This document shows, piece by piece, positions 29,183 to 41,354 of a stretch of DNA of 64,000 bases. The position numbers and the translations under genes are program-made. Each line of letters begins with the position of its first letter. The first letter of the stretch is position 1. The notes below the pieces were generated by a model. It was not told where the DNA came from. It was given only the letters and a program-made list of their open reading frames with translations, and made no database searches. The stretch is from Octopus vulgaris (lineage: Eukaryota): positions 50,158,001 through 50,222,000 of the forward strand of contig OX597824.1 of the NCBI GenBank assembly GCA_951406725.2. Reading direction: 5' to 3'.

Positions 29183-29990
29183 GCTCATTCTTGTTTCATT
29201 TCTACATTCATATATATATATATGTGTGTGTGTGTATTATATATAGATAGATAGATGGATAATATATATATATATATATATACCAATGAAAAGAAGACAA
29301 AGAAAATTCTTTAATACATCTTTAATTATAAGTTACAATTGTTTCTGTACCATTTCTATTTCAACGCCAGTTTAGGCAAATTTCTAAATGAAAGTTCACG
29401 TAATGTTTGCGGTTTTAGACATTAGAGAGACACTTCATCACTTGCAATGTATGCTTATGGGGTCAGTCCAGGTAGTACCCTTGATTGTACTGAAGACACC
29501 GGATCGAGTCCCATGGCTGCTTGTTGACAATTTTTTCCGCTTTGTAAGGGTAATCTACCCAATGTTTCTGATGTTCTAACAGCGTCTCTGCGCTTGAAAA
29601 CAAACTATTATCTTATTTGTATTTATATACACATTTTGGCGCTTATTAAAAAACAAAAACAAATGTTAGTTTGCTTATATTTATATAAACGTGGTTGCAC
29701 ATGTGGCTTTACAGGCGTCTAAAAAGTGGATTGATTTGTTGGTGGGCAGTTTAGCTTTATGGTAAAGTACTTATCCGGAATCATATCAAAAGATATGGGG
29801 TCAAGTCCCAAAGCTGTATGCAGGCAAACTCTTTTAGCTTTGTCAAGAGTAATTTACCCAATATTTCTGCTGTTCTAACGGCGTCTTTGCGTTCGAAAAT
29901 AAATTATCGTCTTATTTGTATCCATTAAAAAATGTTAGTTTGTTTATATGTTGGCCACTGATGAAATTTAAAAAAAAAATCTTTTATTGC

Positions 29991-30087
<97 letters not shown>

Positions 30088-30562
30088 AGTTCTGTGTATG
30101 TACGTACATATAGACATAAATTAATACATAATTATAGTATTTTGTTTTGCAAGATCCTTAATGTGAAATCGGTTGTTGAAAATAATACTGTTGTATTTTG
30201 GGAGGGTCATATTGTCAAAAAAACTGAAGTGAAACCTAATCAGTGTGTTTGTGTTTGTTAGCAATGACTTTCCCAAAGTACAATAGTAGAGAAATAATAC
30301 TAATGCGAAGTTATGCCATCCCCCCACCACTAACGGTGTAATTGAAGTGGAATGTCTAAAATCAGGAATCGAAAACGTATTCTATTCATAGATTACCGAA
30401 ATCTAGTTCCTCTATATAGTACTTTCTTTTGTTATCTACTTAAATAATGAGCTCCGTGTTAGAGACAGTGACAACATTTTGAATTCACGAGTAAAAGAAA
30501 GTGGTGTGTTTGTATAACAAGACCCTCCATCCAAATAAAACCTTTGGTATTAGAGATTATAT

Positions 30563-31157
30563 CAGAAATCGGCAAAACTTCCACCCGTCCCCACCCAAAA
30601 AGCACCCTTTAAAATAATTTTTTTTCGACACAAATCCCCCTTTTCGGCCACGGGGAATACGAATCTGCAAAAAAATTGGCAAAAATCGACTTTTCTAAAT
30701 TACCACCCCTCCACCCCCATTTCCTTCATTTAAAACTTTTTTCAGGATTTTTTTTTTTCAAAATACGCGGAAAAATACGGAGATTATGAATTTGAAAATA
30801 ATTTCAAAAACTCTTTGTAAAATTTTTGTTTTAAGAATTTTTTTCTTTCTAAATATACAGAAAAATACGGACATCATGATTCGGACAAAAATTTCAAAAC
30901 ATTTCTGTACTTACAGTTAGGCTTTTAGGGTTAGGGCTACGGTTTTAGGGTTAGGGTTTTAGAGTTAGGGTTTTAGGGTTAGGGTTTTAGGGTTAGGGTT
31001 TTAGGGTTAGGGTTTTACGGCTAGGGTTACGATTTTTGGCAATTTTCCGGAAACTCCGTATCCGAAAACGGGGATTTTTGGCAAAAAACATCACAAAAAT
31101 AAACAAATTTGGGAGAAAATGGGGTTGGGGCGGGCGGAAGTCTTTCCCGGAAATCTG
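30563..31157. mobile_element. Foldback/MITE-like element with ~130 bp imperfect TIRs and an internal telomere-like array
   Basis: Left end CAGAAATCGGCAAAACTTCCACCCGTCCCC..AATCCCCCTTTTCGG..AATTGGCAAAAATCG; the right end is its approximate reverse complement. Internal ~70 bp direct repeats at 30748-30820 and 30838-30910. Confidence 0.7.
30917..31029 (+). repeat. Interstitial telomere-like array (TTAGGGTTTTAGGG)n
   Basis: About 8 units of a 14-bp repeat alternating TTAGGG and TTTTAGGG. Confidence 0.9.
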
Positions 31158-32917
31158 CTGTAGTCTTTCAATTTGGCATAATCTGGGTACTGAAGAGCAG
31201 TACCTAATCTTTGAATTTAGAGAAAGTATCAGGAAAATGTAGTTATATTGCCAACAACCTCGTTTCACTACTAAAAATTCCCGTAGCTAGTTGTAAAACT
31301 CTAGCTAACAACCAGGAATATAAATGCATTCATCTATATTCTTCAATAATCGTGCTGTATTAAGAACTGACTTGTTAAAATTTAACTTTGGAGAACTCTG
31401 TATTTCAGGAGATCCAGTTATAGAAACTCATTTTCAATTCCAAATGGGAACGATTTCATCTTCAGTCGCAGAAGGTTTCGACTATGTAATTTATCAGTTT
31501 CCTTTATCTAAAACTCTTTCAATTTATAGCACAAATGGTTATGTGGTACTTCAGTTCGGCAAGTAAGGCCGTCCAGTGGTTTTGGATTCCTTTTCACAGT
31601 AAATTTACAACAGTGTTTCAATCGAAAGGAAGAAGCATTTCAAAGATCTTGTGGAAATCTTAACGTTATATAACTTCCTATTCATTTCCCCCGTTGTTAT
31701 ATTGGTTGTTACATCTAAAATCAATATTATTTTAATTCTGTGACAAGCGTAGTAGAGTAAGAAACACACTCTGTCCAGCTGTTACCATTTTCGAGATTCA
31801 AGGCACCATTAAAATTCTTGTTGGAAGCTTTCCTTCATCAAAACTTCAAAATGAATCAAATAGAATAATTTGTCTTTGAACATGTTCCGGGCTTATTCTA
31901 GTCTTATTAGCAAATAAGTTAAAGCTATATCTTACTAATGAGGTTAGAACGATGCTAAAACACGTTCGAAGTTGTTTCCTGTAGCTGCTATCGAAATGAA
32001 AATATTGTTTGTCATTGACAAATATTGAATATCCATCAACATAATTATTTATTGTTAGGTTAAGGCCACCCACTCTGTATTCTCTCATTATTGATTCTTG
32101 TTGCTGTCTTTAGCCATTGTTTCCTTCCTTTTCTTGCTTTCTTTATTTCCTCATATTTTGGTTCTCTCCCTCTATGTAGTAATACCTCTTTTAGTGCTTC
32201 CTTTCTTCTGCACTAACTCTTTCTTCTATATCTATGACTCTCCATTTCATTTCACCCACCATACCACAATTCTTATGTACCTCCTGACCGTCCCTTGAGG
32301 GAAAAAAATTAGATTATTCATCGGTATCACTGCCTGCTATTTCTCGCTTTGTTACTAGTTACATAGAAATTCACCGTTTTCTCAGCTGCCAACCCATACT
32401 GCCTTCAGCTTCCTTATTGCCACCAACGTCATACATATACACTCGCACAACACGCTCACACGTTTATAAACATCTCATAGAAACAGGTAGGTATGCACAT
32501 ATACAAAAATATACGCTCCATCCCAATCACATAGGTACAGACTACACAAATACACACACATTCACATAGGAACACAAACGCTCAAACATAAATAGGCAGG
32601 TACACTCTCGCAAGAAACATACCTATACATATACAGATGTTCGCATATGCACAATCAAAAGCGCATACACGCATGTACACTCACACAAAACATCCATAAA
32701 TGTGCACTCTCATATACACTCACGCCGGTGTATATTCATATACACTCATTACCGCGTTTATAAAGATTGATATTTCATTAACGCAGCTTCTTAAATATCA
32801 GCAGACACCACATTATATCAACAACACAACCAACATACCTATCTATATACACAGATACACACACACACATACGTACATACATACATACATACATACATAC
32901 ATACATACATACATACA

Positions 32918-32951
<34 letters not shown>

Positions 32952-33160
32952 CACACATATTTACATATATACATATATACATAAATACGTACATATATAC
33001 GTTAATATACACATACGTGCATACATATATATATATATATATGTGTGTGTGTATATTTATGTATATATATATACATATATATGCATATATATATATGTAT
33101 ATATGCATATATATGTGTATACACACATACGCACACGCACACACACACACACACACACAC

Positions 33161-33211
<51 letters not shown>

Positions 33212-33491
33212 TATATAAATAAAGTACTATTTCTTTCTTTCGGTTCTTTTCCCGCTCAACGTCTTAATCTGTTCGTCTCCAACTTTTCTTATCATTTACT
33301 TCCTCAGTTTTTGCTGCTGTTGTTATTGTTTCTTCCACCAATAACATTCAACCGCCGTTCATTCTTTTGTTGGTGCTAAAAGCCTTGCTTACTCTCTTCA
33401 GATATTCACCTACCTGTCGTTCGCTTATTTATTAGCTAACCTTATTATCACCATTAGTATATTGCTATTTGTATTCTTATTTCTGATACTT

Positions 33492-33546
<55 letters not shown>

Positions 33547-33708
33547 CATACATAAATATGCCTGTCTGCCTACCTACCTTCCTACCTACCTACCTACCTA
33601 CCTACCTACCTACCTACCTACCTACATACATACATACATACATACATACATACATACATACATACATACCACATACCTGTATATATACATATATATATAT
33701 ATGATTTA

Positions 33709-33760
<52 letters not shown>

Positions 33761-33767
33761 TATATAA

Positions 33768-34256
33768 AGCACGCCCGGCCAAGGCCAAAGCACGCATCCC
33801 ACAATAACATCAACACCACCAAATAGTAAATCGAAATTCAAAACACACACAACTCGGAGTCCCAAAATCTGCCGGTATTCCCAACGTGAGAGAACATGTC
33901 TACTGAGTGACTGTCCCTTCACTCATCTTCCAGGGACCCGACGCACAAACAGAAACGGGGCTTCAAGCCAACACACAAACCTGAATAAAAATAAAAATAG
34001 AAACACACCATGCTGCAGTAATGCTGGTCCAGTCTTTTCAGGAAGACACAAAAACAACAACAACAAAAGTGGAAACTACAACCCTATCCAACAGTGCAAC
34101 CACACCTCCAGCCAAAAACTGCTCCCTAAGCAGGAAAATTCTTTTTTAGCCATGTTGAACATGGCAAAAGAGATACACAAAAACATTCTAGCCATCACTC
34201 AACACCATCCTATGCTATTACCCCAGTGCACCAATTCCCCACATTGCTGCCACTAA
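33768..34256 (+). CDS. LINE ORF1 C-terminal remnant with CCCH zinc finger (start truncated)
   Basis: Stop-free frame missing from the ORF track: ..PKICRYSQRERTCLLSDCPFTHLPGTRR..QENSFLAML..CCH*; C-x7-C-x4-C-x3-H spacing. Confidence 0.7.
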   Translation, partial: STPGQGQSTHPTITSTPPNSKSKFKTHTTRSPKICRYSQRERTCLLSDCPFTHLPGTRRTNRNGASSQHTNLNKNKNRNTPCCSNAGPVFSGRHKNNNNKSGNYNPIQQCNHTSSQKLLPKQENSFLAMLNMAKEIHKNILAITQHHPMLLPQCTNSPHCCH

Positions 34257-37200
34257 CACACACAAAAAATCCAAGCCCCCTGCAACAGTCAAAACCAGCC
34301 ACTACACTAACCTCCACATTCCTACTCAATGCACAAGGTGTCAGCCCTTCCATCAATGCACAAAAATGGAAGGTCCAATTCATTGAAGACTGGGTTGGTA
34401 ACCATTCACACCACATCCCTTTCTTCATTCTCACTGAGACCCACCTTGACAACTCCCACTTGGAAGCCGAAGTGAGAGTGAAGAATTTCACAACCATCCG
34501 CGTGGATCGTATCGGCAGGAGGAAGGGTGGAACTGCCATTTTCCTGCATGATTCATTTACGGCAGATGGAAATAGTATATTCTCCAACGGCTACTGTGAA
34601 TCAGTCACCGTGCACAACAAAGCCAATGACCTGACAGTAATTGGGCTCTATAGGCCGCCCCAAACACCCATACTGTGCTTTAAAGAATGCCTCAACAGCA
34701 TTAAGTGCTTTATTCAACAGTGCCATTCTAGCAACATACTCATGATGGGAGACTTCAATCTACCCTGTGTTGACTGGACTACAAACTGTTTGAAACCAAG
34801 CACTCCCGCCTCAACCGCTGACAAAGAAGCAGCAGAGTCACTTTTCGACTTTACGAATGAGTTTTTCTTGTCCCAACTTGTCCTTGCACCAACAAGACAT
34901 CAGAACATTTTGGACCTAGTGTTTAGTAACCACACTAACACTATACATAACGTTACAGTGGAAAAAACCCTTCTTTCAGACCATGACATGGTTCTCTGTA
35001 ACATGAAATTCCACCAGCCGAAAGCTAATCCTAGTGACCTTCCTCCAGCCCACCCATTTGACAACATGGATCTCCATAATGCCAACTGGGATGCAATCAA
35101 GAACGAGCTATCACATGTTGACTGGTCCTTTACACATACACACATCTCCACCAACCATAAAACATCTTGGCAGATCTTTGTAGACACCGTCACAGACATA
35201 TGTGCAAAACACTCCCCACCAAGACCTGTGAACAAAAAGTGCAGAATCCCCCAAAACAGAAAAACCATTATCAGAAAAATAAAAAGAACAAACAAAAAAA
35301 TTAACAAACTAAAGTACTGCCAACAGCAACACACACATTCGACGGCTATCGCACTGCTTGAATCCAAAAAATATAACCTCCAACAATGCATGAAGACCCT
35401 CATCAATAACCAAAGATCAGCTGAGGAGAAGTGGGCCATTGAAAAAATCAAACTCAACCCCAAAGTGTTCTTTTCATTTGCGAGGAAACGCAGGGTCACT
35501 GTCTCCACTGTAGGCCCTCTAATTGACGAAACTGGCACTCTCCAAGATAATGCCAAATCCATGGCCGAGATACTGCAGAAACAATACTGCTCTGTTTTCA
35601 GCAATCCTGATATGGCCGATCTGGGCTGTATCAGTGATGTCAACCCCCAACACACTATATCGGACATAACGTTTAGTGCCCCTGATGTCTTAGCGGCGAT
35701 AAACGAAATAAAACACAATTCAGCAGTAAGCCCCGATAGGTTCCCTGCTTGTGTCCTGAAGGTGTGTCGACACCAACTTGCATCTCCCCTTGCTAATCTG
35801 TGGAGAAACTCACTGGATGCTGGCTATATTCCAAAAAACCTTCTGTCCCAGTCTGTTGTCCCAGTTTTCAAAAAGGGAAACAAGTCCCTTGCAGTGAATT
35901 ACCGTCCGATCTCACTCACCTCTTATATCATCAAGGTATTTGAGAGGGTGGTGAGATCTCGAATAACCCAATTTCTGGAAAGCAACAGACGGCTGATCTC
36001 CAACCAACATGGGTTCCGTAATGGAAGGGACTGCCTAACGCAGCTCCTGCATCACTTTGAGGACATTTTGAGAGCTTTGTGAGAGGGCTCCAACACCGAT
36101 GTCATCTACCTTGATTTCAGTAAGGCCTTCGACAGGGTCGATCACAAGATCCTATTGAAGAAACTATCCAACATTGGTGTCTCTGGAAAGTTACTGAAAT
36201 GGATCAAGTGTTTCCTGACAGACAGATCTCAACATGTTGTAGTTGAAGGGGTAAAATCAAGCCCAGCCAAAGTCAGTAGTGGCGTTCCACAAGGCACTGT
36301 GCTGGGCCCACTTCTTTTCATCATTTACATTAATGACATTAATGACATCATCAAGCACAGCAACATAAAAATCTTTGCAGATGACTCCAAGCTACAGAAG
36401 GTCATAAATGAGGCGAGTGACCGGACATGCCTTCAGTCAGATCTACTGGCTGTTATCCAATGGGCAGAAAAAAACAATATGCTGCTGAACGAGGATAAAT
36501 TTGAGCTAATCCACTTTGGAAAAGAGGATGCCCTGAAACTCCCATACTCCCTTCCTTCAGGTGAAACTCTCGCGGCGTCCAACAACATCAGAGACTTGGG
36601 AGTAATTGTGGACAACAACATAAGCTGGGCCACTCATATAAACACCAAAGTTGACATGGCCCGCAGAATGTGTTCCTGGATTCTCAGAACTTTCCAGTCG
36701 AGAGATATCCACACCATTATCCTTCTCTTCTCCACTTTTGCCCGACCCCATCTTGAATACTGTTGTCCTCTGTGGTCTCCCCACACAATACAAGGTATCA
36801 TAAAAGTTGAAGCACCTCAAAGGGCAATCACAAAAAAGATAGATGGCATGACAGGCCTCGACTATTGGGGTCGACTAGTAAAGCTAAAACTCTATTCTCT
36901 CCAACGTCGTCGTGAGCGCTACATCATCTGCATGATGTGGAAAATATTCCATCAGCATTGCCCAAATGATGTTGGCATCACCTTTAAGGTACATCCAAGG
37001 CTTGGGCCCCGTGCCATCCGCCCAAAACAAAAATCGCACTCTCATCTCATAACAACAATACGGCACAATTATTTCACCTCAATTGGCCCCGCTCTCTTTA
37101 ACATTACACCAAAACACATTAAAACAGAAACTGACCCTATAGGGTTCAAGAAGTCTTTGGACAGATTCCTTCAAGAAATCCCGGATAAACCCCTACACCC

Positions 37201-37260
37201 GGATATGTCTCTGTAAACAATAACTCTCTACTTGAGTGGGCCATAGTGCCCAAATTCTGA
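34226..37260 (+). pseudogene. LINE ORF2 (APE endonuclease plus reverse transcriptase), disrupted
   Basis: LTETHL, GDFN, LDLVF and SDH (APE); YRPISL, QHGFR, YLDFSKAFD, GVPQGTVLGP and FADD (RT). ORFs 34226-36082 and 36155-37216 share a frame and are separated by one TGA; probable 1-bp deletion near 37192. Confidence 0.92.
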
Positions 37261-37411
37261 CTTGAAAGACTTCACCAGGTGGTGCTATTAAGTTAGACAT
37301 GGCCTGGGCCAATAATGGCCGAAACCTATCAAAGTATCAAAGTATCAAAGTATATATATACATATATATATATATATATACGCGAGAAAGAAGCAACAAG
37401 AATGGATAGGT

Positions 37412-37502
37412 TTTTAGTACAATCGTTTCATACAAGGACAGGCTTTATTAAAAGTTGCAAAAATTACAGCATATAAACGTGTCCCGTACTCATCAGCTAA
37501 AA
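37412..37502 (-). ncRNA. Type I hammerhead ribozyme motif with complete catalytic core
   Basis: Minus strand: UUUUAG-CUGAUGA-GUACGGGACA...UGUCCUUGUAU-GAAA-C-GAUU-GUA^-CUAAAA. Stem I 6 bp, stem II ~10 bp plus extension, stem III 2 bp. Confidence 0.75.
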
Positions 37503-37771
37503 TACATGTGAGTTCTCTAGACATCCTAGTGGTTGAGGCTATACTCATGAAGTAATGTAGATAATTAAGTAACATAAATATATATAATAACATAAATATA
37601 TATAATCACCCCACATTACTGTATTGTTAAATCAGTATAGTTTTCTTTTGGTGCATCTAAGTTAGGTACCATATTCAAGTTAATTCATTTAAATTAACTT
37701 GAATCTTTATATATTTTTGTATATATATATACAGATATGAATATTTATATATATAAATATACACATATATA

Positions 37772-37882
<111 letters not shown>

Positions 37883-37956
37883 ACGTATATATACGTGCAT
37901 GCATCCATGCATTATGTATGTATGTATGTATGTATGTATGTATGTATCTATCTATG

Positions 37957-37991
<35 letters not shown>

Positions 37992-39256
37992 GTGATCAAA
38001 CAGACGCTAAGCAGGCTGGTGTGGTTCATAACAAACAACGAAACGTACTCTATATCTGATGTCGATTTTAGTTTTCCGAATGTTACTTACAGCTATTATT
38101 TTAAAAATCACGAAGGAAGAGGAAACACTGGACCGGATAGCAAAAATTTCATTATTTCTGAAATTTTAGCTCGGTTTTCAGTGTGGATCTCTCGATCTCA
38201 CTCACATTATATCATTCATGCAAGAAAATTTCTATTTTCAGTGGAGGGCATCTTTTGTTGACATGGTAGTAAGAGATTACATTTCGCTTTAATTACTGCT
38301 TGATTTTACGTATGGTATTATCTACCATACGAATCACTTATAGTTTCAGTTATTTTACAACCCGAAATCCATGGTCGCAGGAATACATTCAGTGTTTTAG
38401 AACTCGTATATCTATGCATGGAGTAGCTTTCTTGTCTCTTTTTCAAAATATAGCAAAGCAGAGTCAAAATCTTGAGTTTTCACTGACATATAGGTGACAG
38501 CGGTTACTGAAGCCATTGTACGTTTTACTTCGCAACAACGATTCTTTTTATTGTAAGATTGCTTTCTGTTTTTAATGAACCAGATACATATAGAAAAGTT
38601 GATCGGTGTCTAGTGCTCCAGTTACATATATATATTTCTACGTTGGTTTAACACTAAGCGGTGTTTCAGAATTAGTTTTAGCGCTGCACTCAGTAAATTT
38701 ACTATTTTCAGGTTTATTTCCATCATATTTTGAAAAATGTTAAGGCTTATTGGCACACAAAGTAAAGCTGTTACTTTTAAGAATGACATCTCTGACATTC
38801 ACAGAGTGACTCAGGTGCTTTCAAGATAACCACGTGAAGCTCAAGCTAAACTAAACGCCGCATTTTATTACCAACTCAGATACACTTGTCACTATTTACG
38901 AAAAGTTTATATTTTCAGTTGGAAATTAACTCTCCTTATGAGTATCTCTTGCCGTCAGTGTCAACCAATGTAACAATGTCTTTTAGATACTATCTTAACC
39001 AAAGACATACCTTGCATAATAAACTGAAATAGCAGTCCGAAAGAAGGAACACTAGTGTAAGTTAGATAATGATAGAGCCCCGCCCCACTACACACACGCA
39101 CACACACATATAAGCACGTGTATCGGTGCATATGTTTATGTGTGTATATATGTGCATATCTATCTATCTATCTATCTATCTATATATATGTATATATATA
39201 TATATGTATGTATGTATGTATGTGCATGTATATATATATATATGTATGTGTGTATG

Positions 39257-39297
<41 letters not shown>

Positions 39298-39435
39298 GTA
39301 TATATATACTTACATATAAGACCAAAGGGGTACTTGCGTCGCTATATATATATATGTGTGTGTGTATATAAATATATAAACCCTGTTGGTTGTTCTTTCA
39401 CCTGTCTGTTTTTTGTGCCTTTCTGTATGTTTGAA

Positions 39436-39495
<60 letters not shown>

Positions 39496-40169
39496 CATAC
39501 ACACACACACAGACCTCTCTTCATCATTATCACCATCATTATATTCTTCCACCTCTTGCTCCACTTCTTGTTCATCATCATCATTATCACCTTATTGTTG
39601 TTGTTGTTGTTTTTCTTCTTCTTGTTCTTCATCTTCATCTTCATCTTCTTCCATTTCTTGTGGATCTACCATTGTGGAGTACCTACCAACTAATTCGCAA
39701 AAATCTCCTAACGGGTCGGATTGACTTTTCTTGAAAATGTAGGAAACAGCGTCTCTTTCTATAGCTCTAGAAACATGTCTGGCCCCAAAACAACAAAGAT
39801 TTTCTTTTTTATTCATTTTCCCCCTTTTCTATGTCTCTCATCAACATTTTGGACGGAAGCCGAGTTACGCAGGAACGGAAATCTCGAGAGAACCTATATG
39901 CTCGTGGCATTGCAGAAGACACTGCAGACTCGCTTCAATAGCTTGTATTGAAATTAGACGCTGCACGGTTACAAAGACCGACAAACTACCGTAAGGGTTG
40001 CAAAGTTCTGCGGAAGAGGGCGCCAGTTGCTTCCTGGTCTGCTCTTTTGTAAAGCATTCTCATCAATCTTCGATTTTTCTACCCTCTTCATCTTCTTTCG
40101 ATTATCTTTCTCCGTTTCTTTGTTTCCTTCTATCTTTCTGTTTTCTTTTCATTCAATTTTTCTTCCTGC

Positions 40170-40241
40170 TGCTACAGCTGCAGTTGTTGTAAACAACAAC
40201 GACAACAACAACAGCAACAACAACAACAACAACATCTGCTG

Positions 40242-40302
<61 letters not shown>

Positions 40303-40400
40303 TACTACTACTCTTGCTGCTGCTGCTGTCACTACTACTACTACTACTACTGACAGTTCTTTTTCGTTCTCTTCTTTTACTTCTCATTATTATTATTATT

Positions 40401-40471
<71 letters not shown>

Positions 40472-40491
40472 TATTATTATTATTATTATTA

Positions 40492-40554
<63 letters not shown>

Positions 40555-40560
40555 CATCCT
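40170..40560. repeat. Compound trinucleotide microsatellite (CAA/CTA/CTG/ATT/ATC)
   Basis: Contiguous perfect trinucleotide runs; similar blocks at 43573-43725, 49645-49702 and 59860-60350. Confidence 0.95.
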
Positions 40561-41354
40561 GCAAGGTGTTTGGGAGTTATCTTCGGCAACAACTGCTGCT
40601 ATACCTGCTAAGATATTCAACTGAGAAGAGTTTGAGAGAGGAAGAAAGAAAGGGAAAGAAAGAAAGTAAAAGAGAGACTGGAAGAGATAAAGGAGTATGT
40701 TAAAGTTTGTGGCATGGAGGTATGGGAGGTCAGGTTTTGGCATGTGAATGCATGGGTGAACTGTGGGAAGTACAGGACGATGACATATACGTATAGAAGA
40801 TCATGGATATATATATATATATATAGTATAGCATTGATATAGACGTGTGATTGTAACTTGGTAGTTTATGGGATACATCCATACATACGTGCATACATAC
40901 ATACATGCATACATACATACATACATACATATATACGTACATAGGCAAATGAATAGACAGATAGATATAATGTTTCACTATTTTATGCTCCCTTTGATAT
41001 TCAAGTGACATTTTCTTCCCCTTGTAATGCACCTATAAGCTTGCATGTGTGTATGTGTTTGTGTGTGTGTGTAAATATATATCAAATTAAAAAAAGGGAG
41101 TAAAAAATCTGAGTTGGATTATTAGTAAGCGCTTCTGCAAATCTCGCCTAACAAAGTGTTTATCTGTAGCTGGCTTACTTTAAATTGGAAAACTACTTAT
41201 ATACAACGGAAATTCCAGGTCAGATAAATTGATCACAGAGCATAAAACACCAGGTCAAAGAGTGGAATTTATGGAACTATTCATTAATCAAATGTGAGAC
41301 TGTAAATTGCTCTCTTCGGTTTTATATATACCTTCGATATAATTTTTAAAAATA

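Larger units (their letters stand above)
33767..37350 (+). mobile_element. Near-intact 5'-truncated CR1-group LINE
   Basis: ORF1 remnant plus APE-RT ORF2, (TATCAAAG)3 tail, and apparent TSD TATATATATACATATATATATA at 33745-33766 and 37351-37372. Confidence 0.92.

Noticed and set aside
30917-31029. True telomere or chromosome fusion site
   Set aside because: Short, single orientation, non-canonical 14-mer, and enclosed by TIRs
31250-32060. Possible degraded DNA-transposase region
   Set aside because: No diagnostic motif could be read with confidence
34900-35718. 272-aa minus-strand ORF
   Set aside because: Antisense shadow of LINE ORF2 with no recognisable motifs
36080-36082. In-frame TGA in LINE ORF2 as possible selenocysteine or programmed readthrough
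   Set aside because: It falls at a non-catalytic position, no SECIS was recognised, and the copy has another probable frameshift; a simple nonsense mutation is more parsimonious
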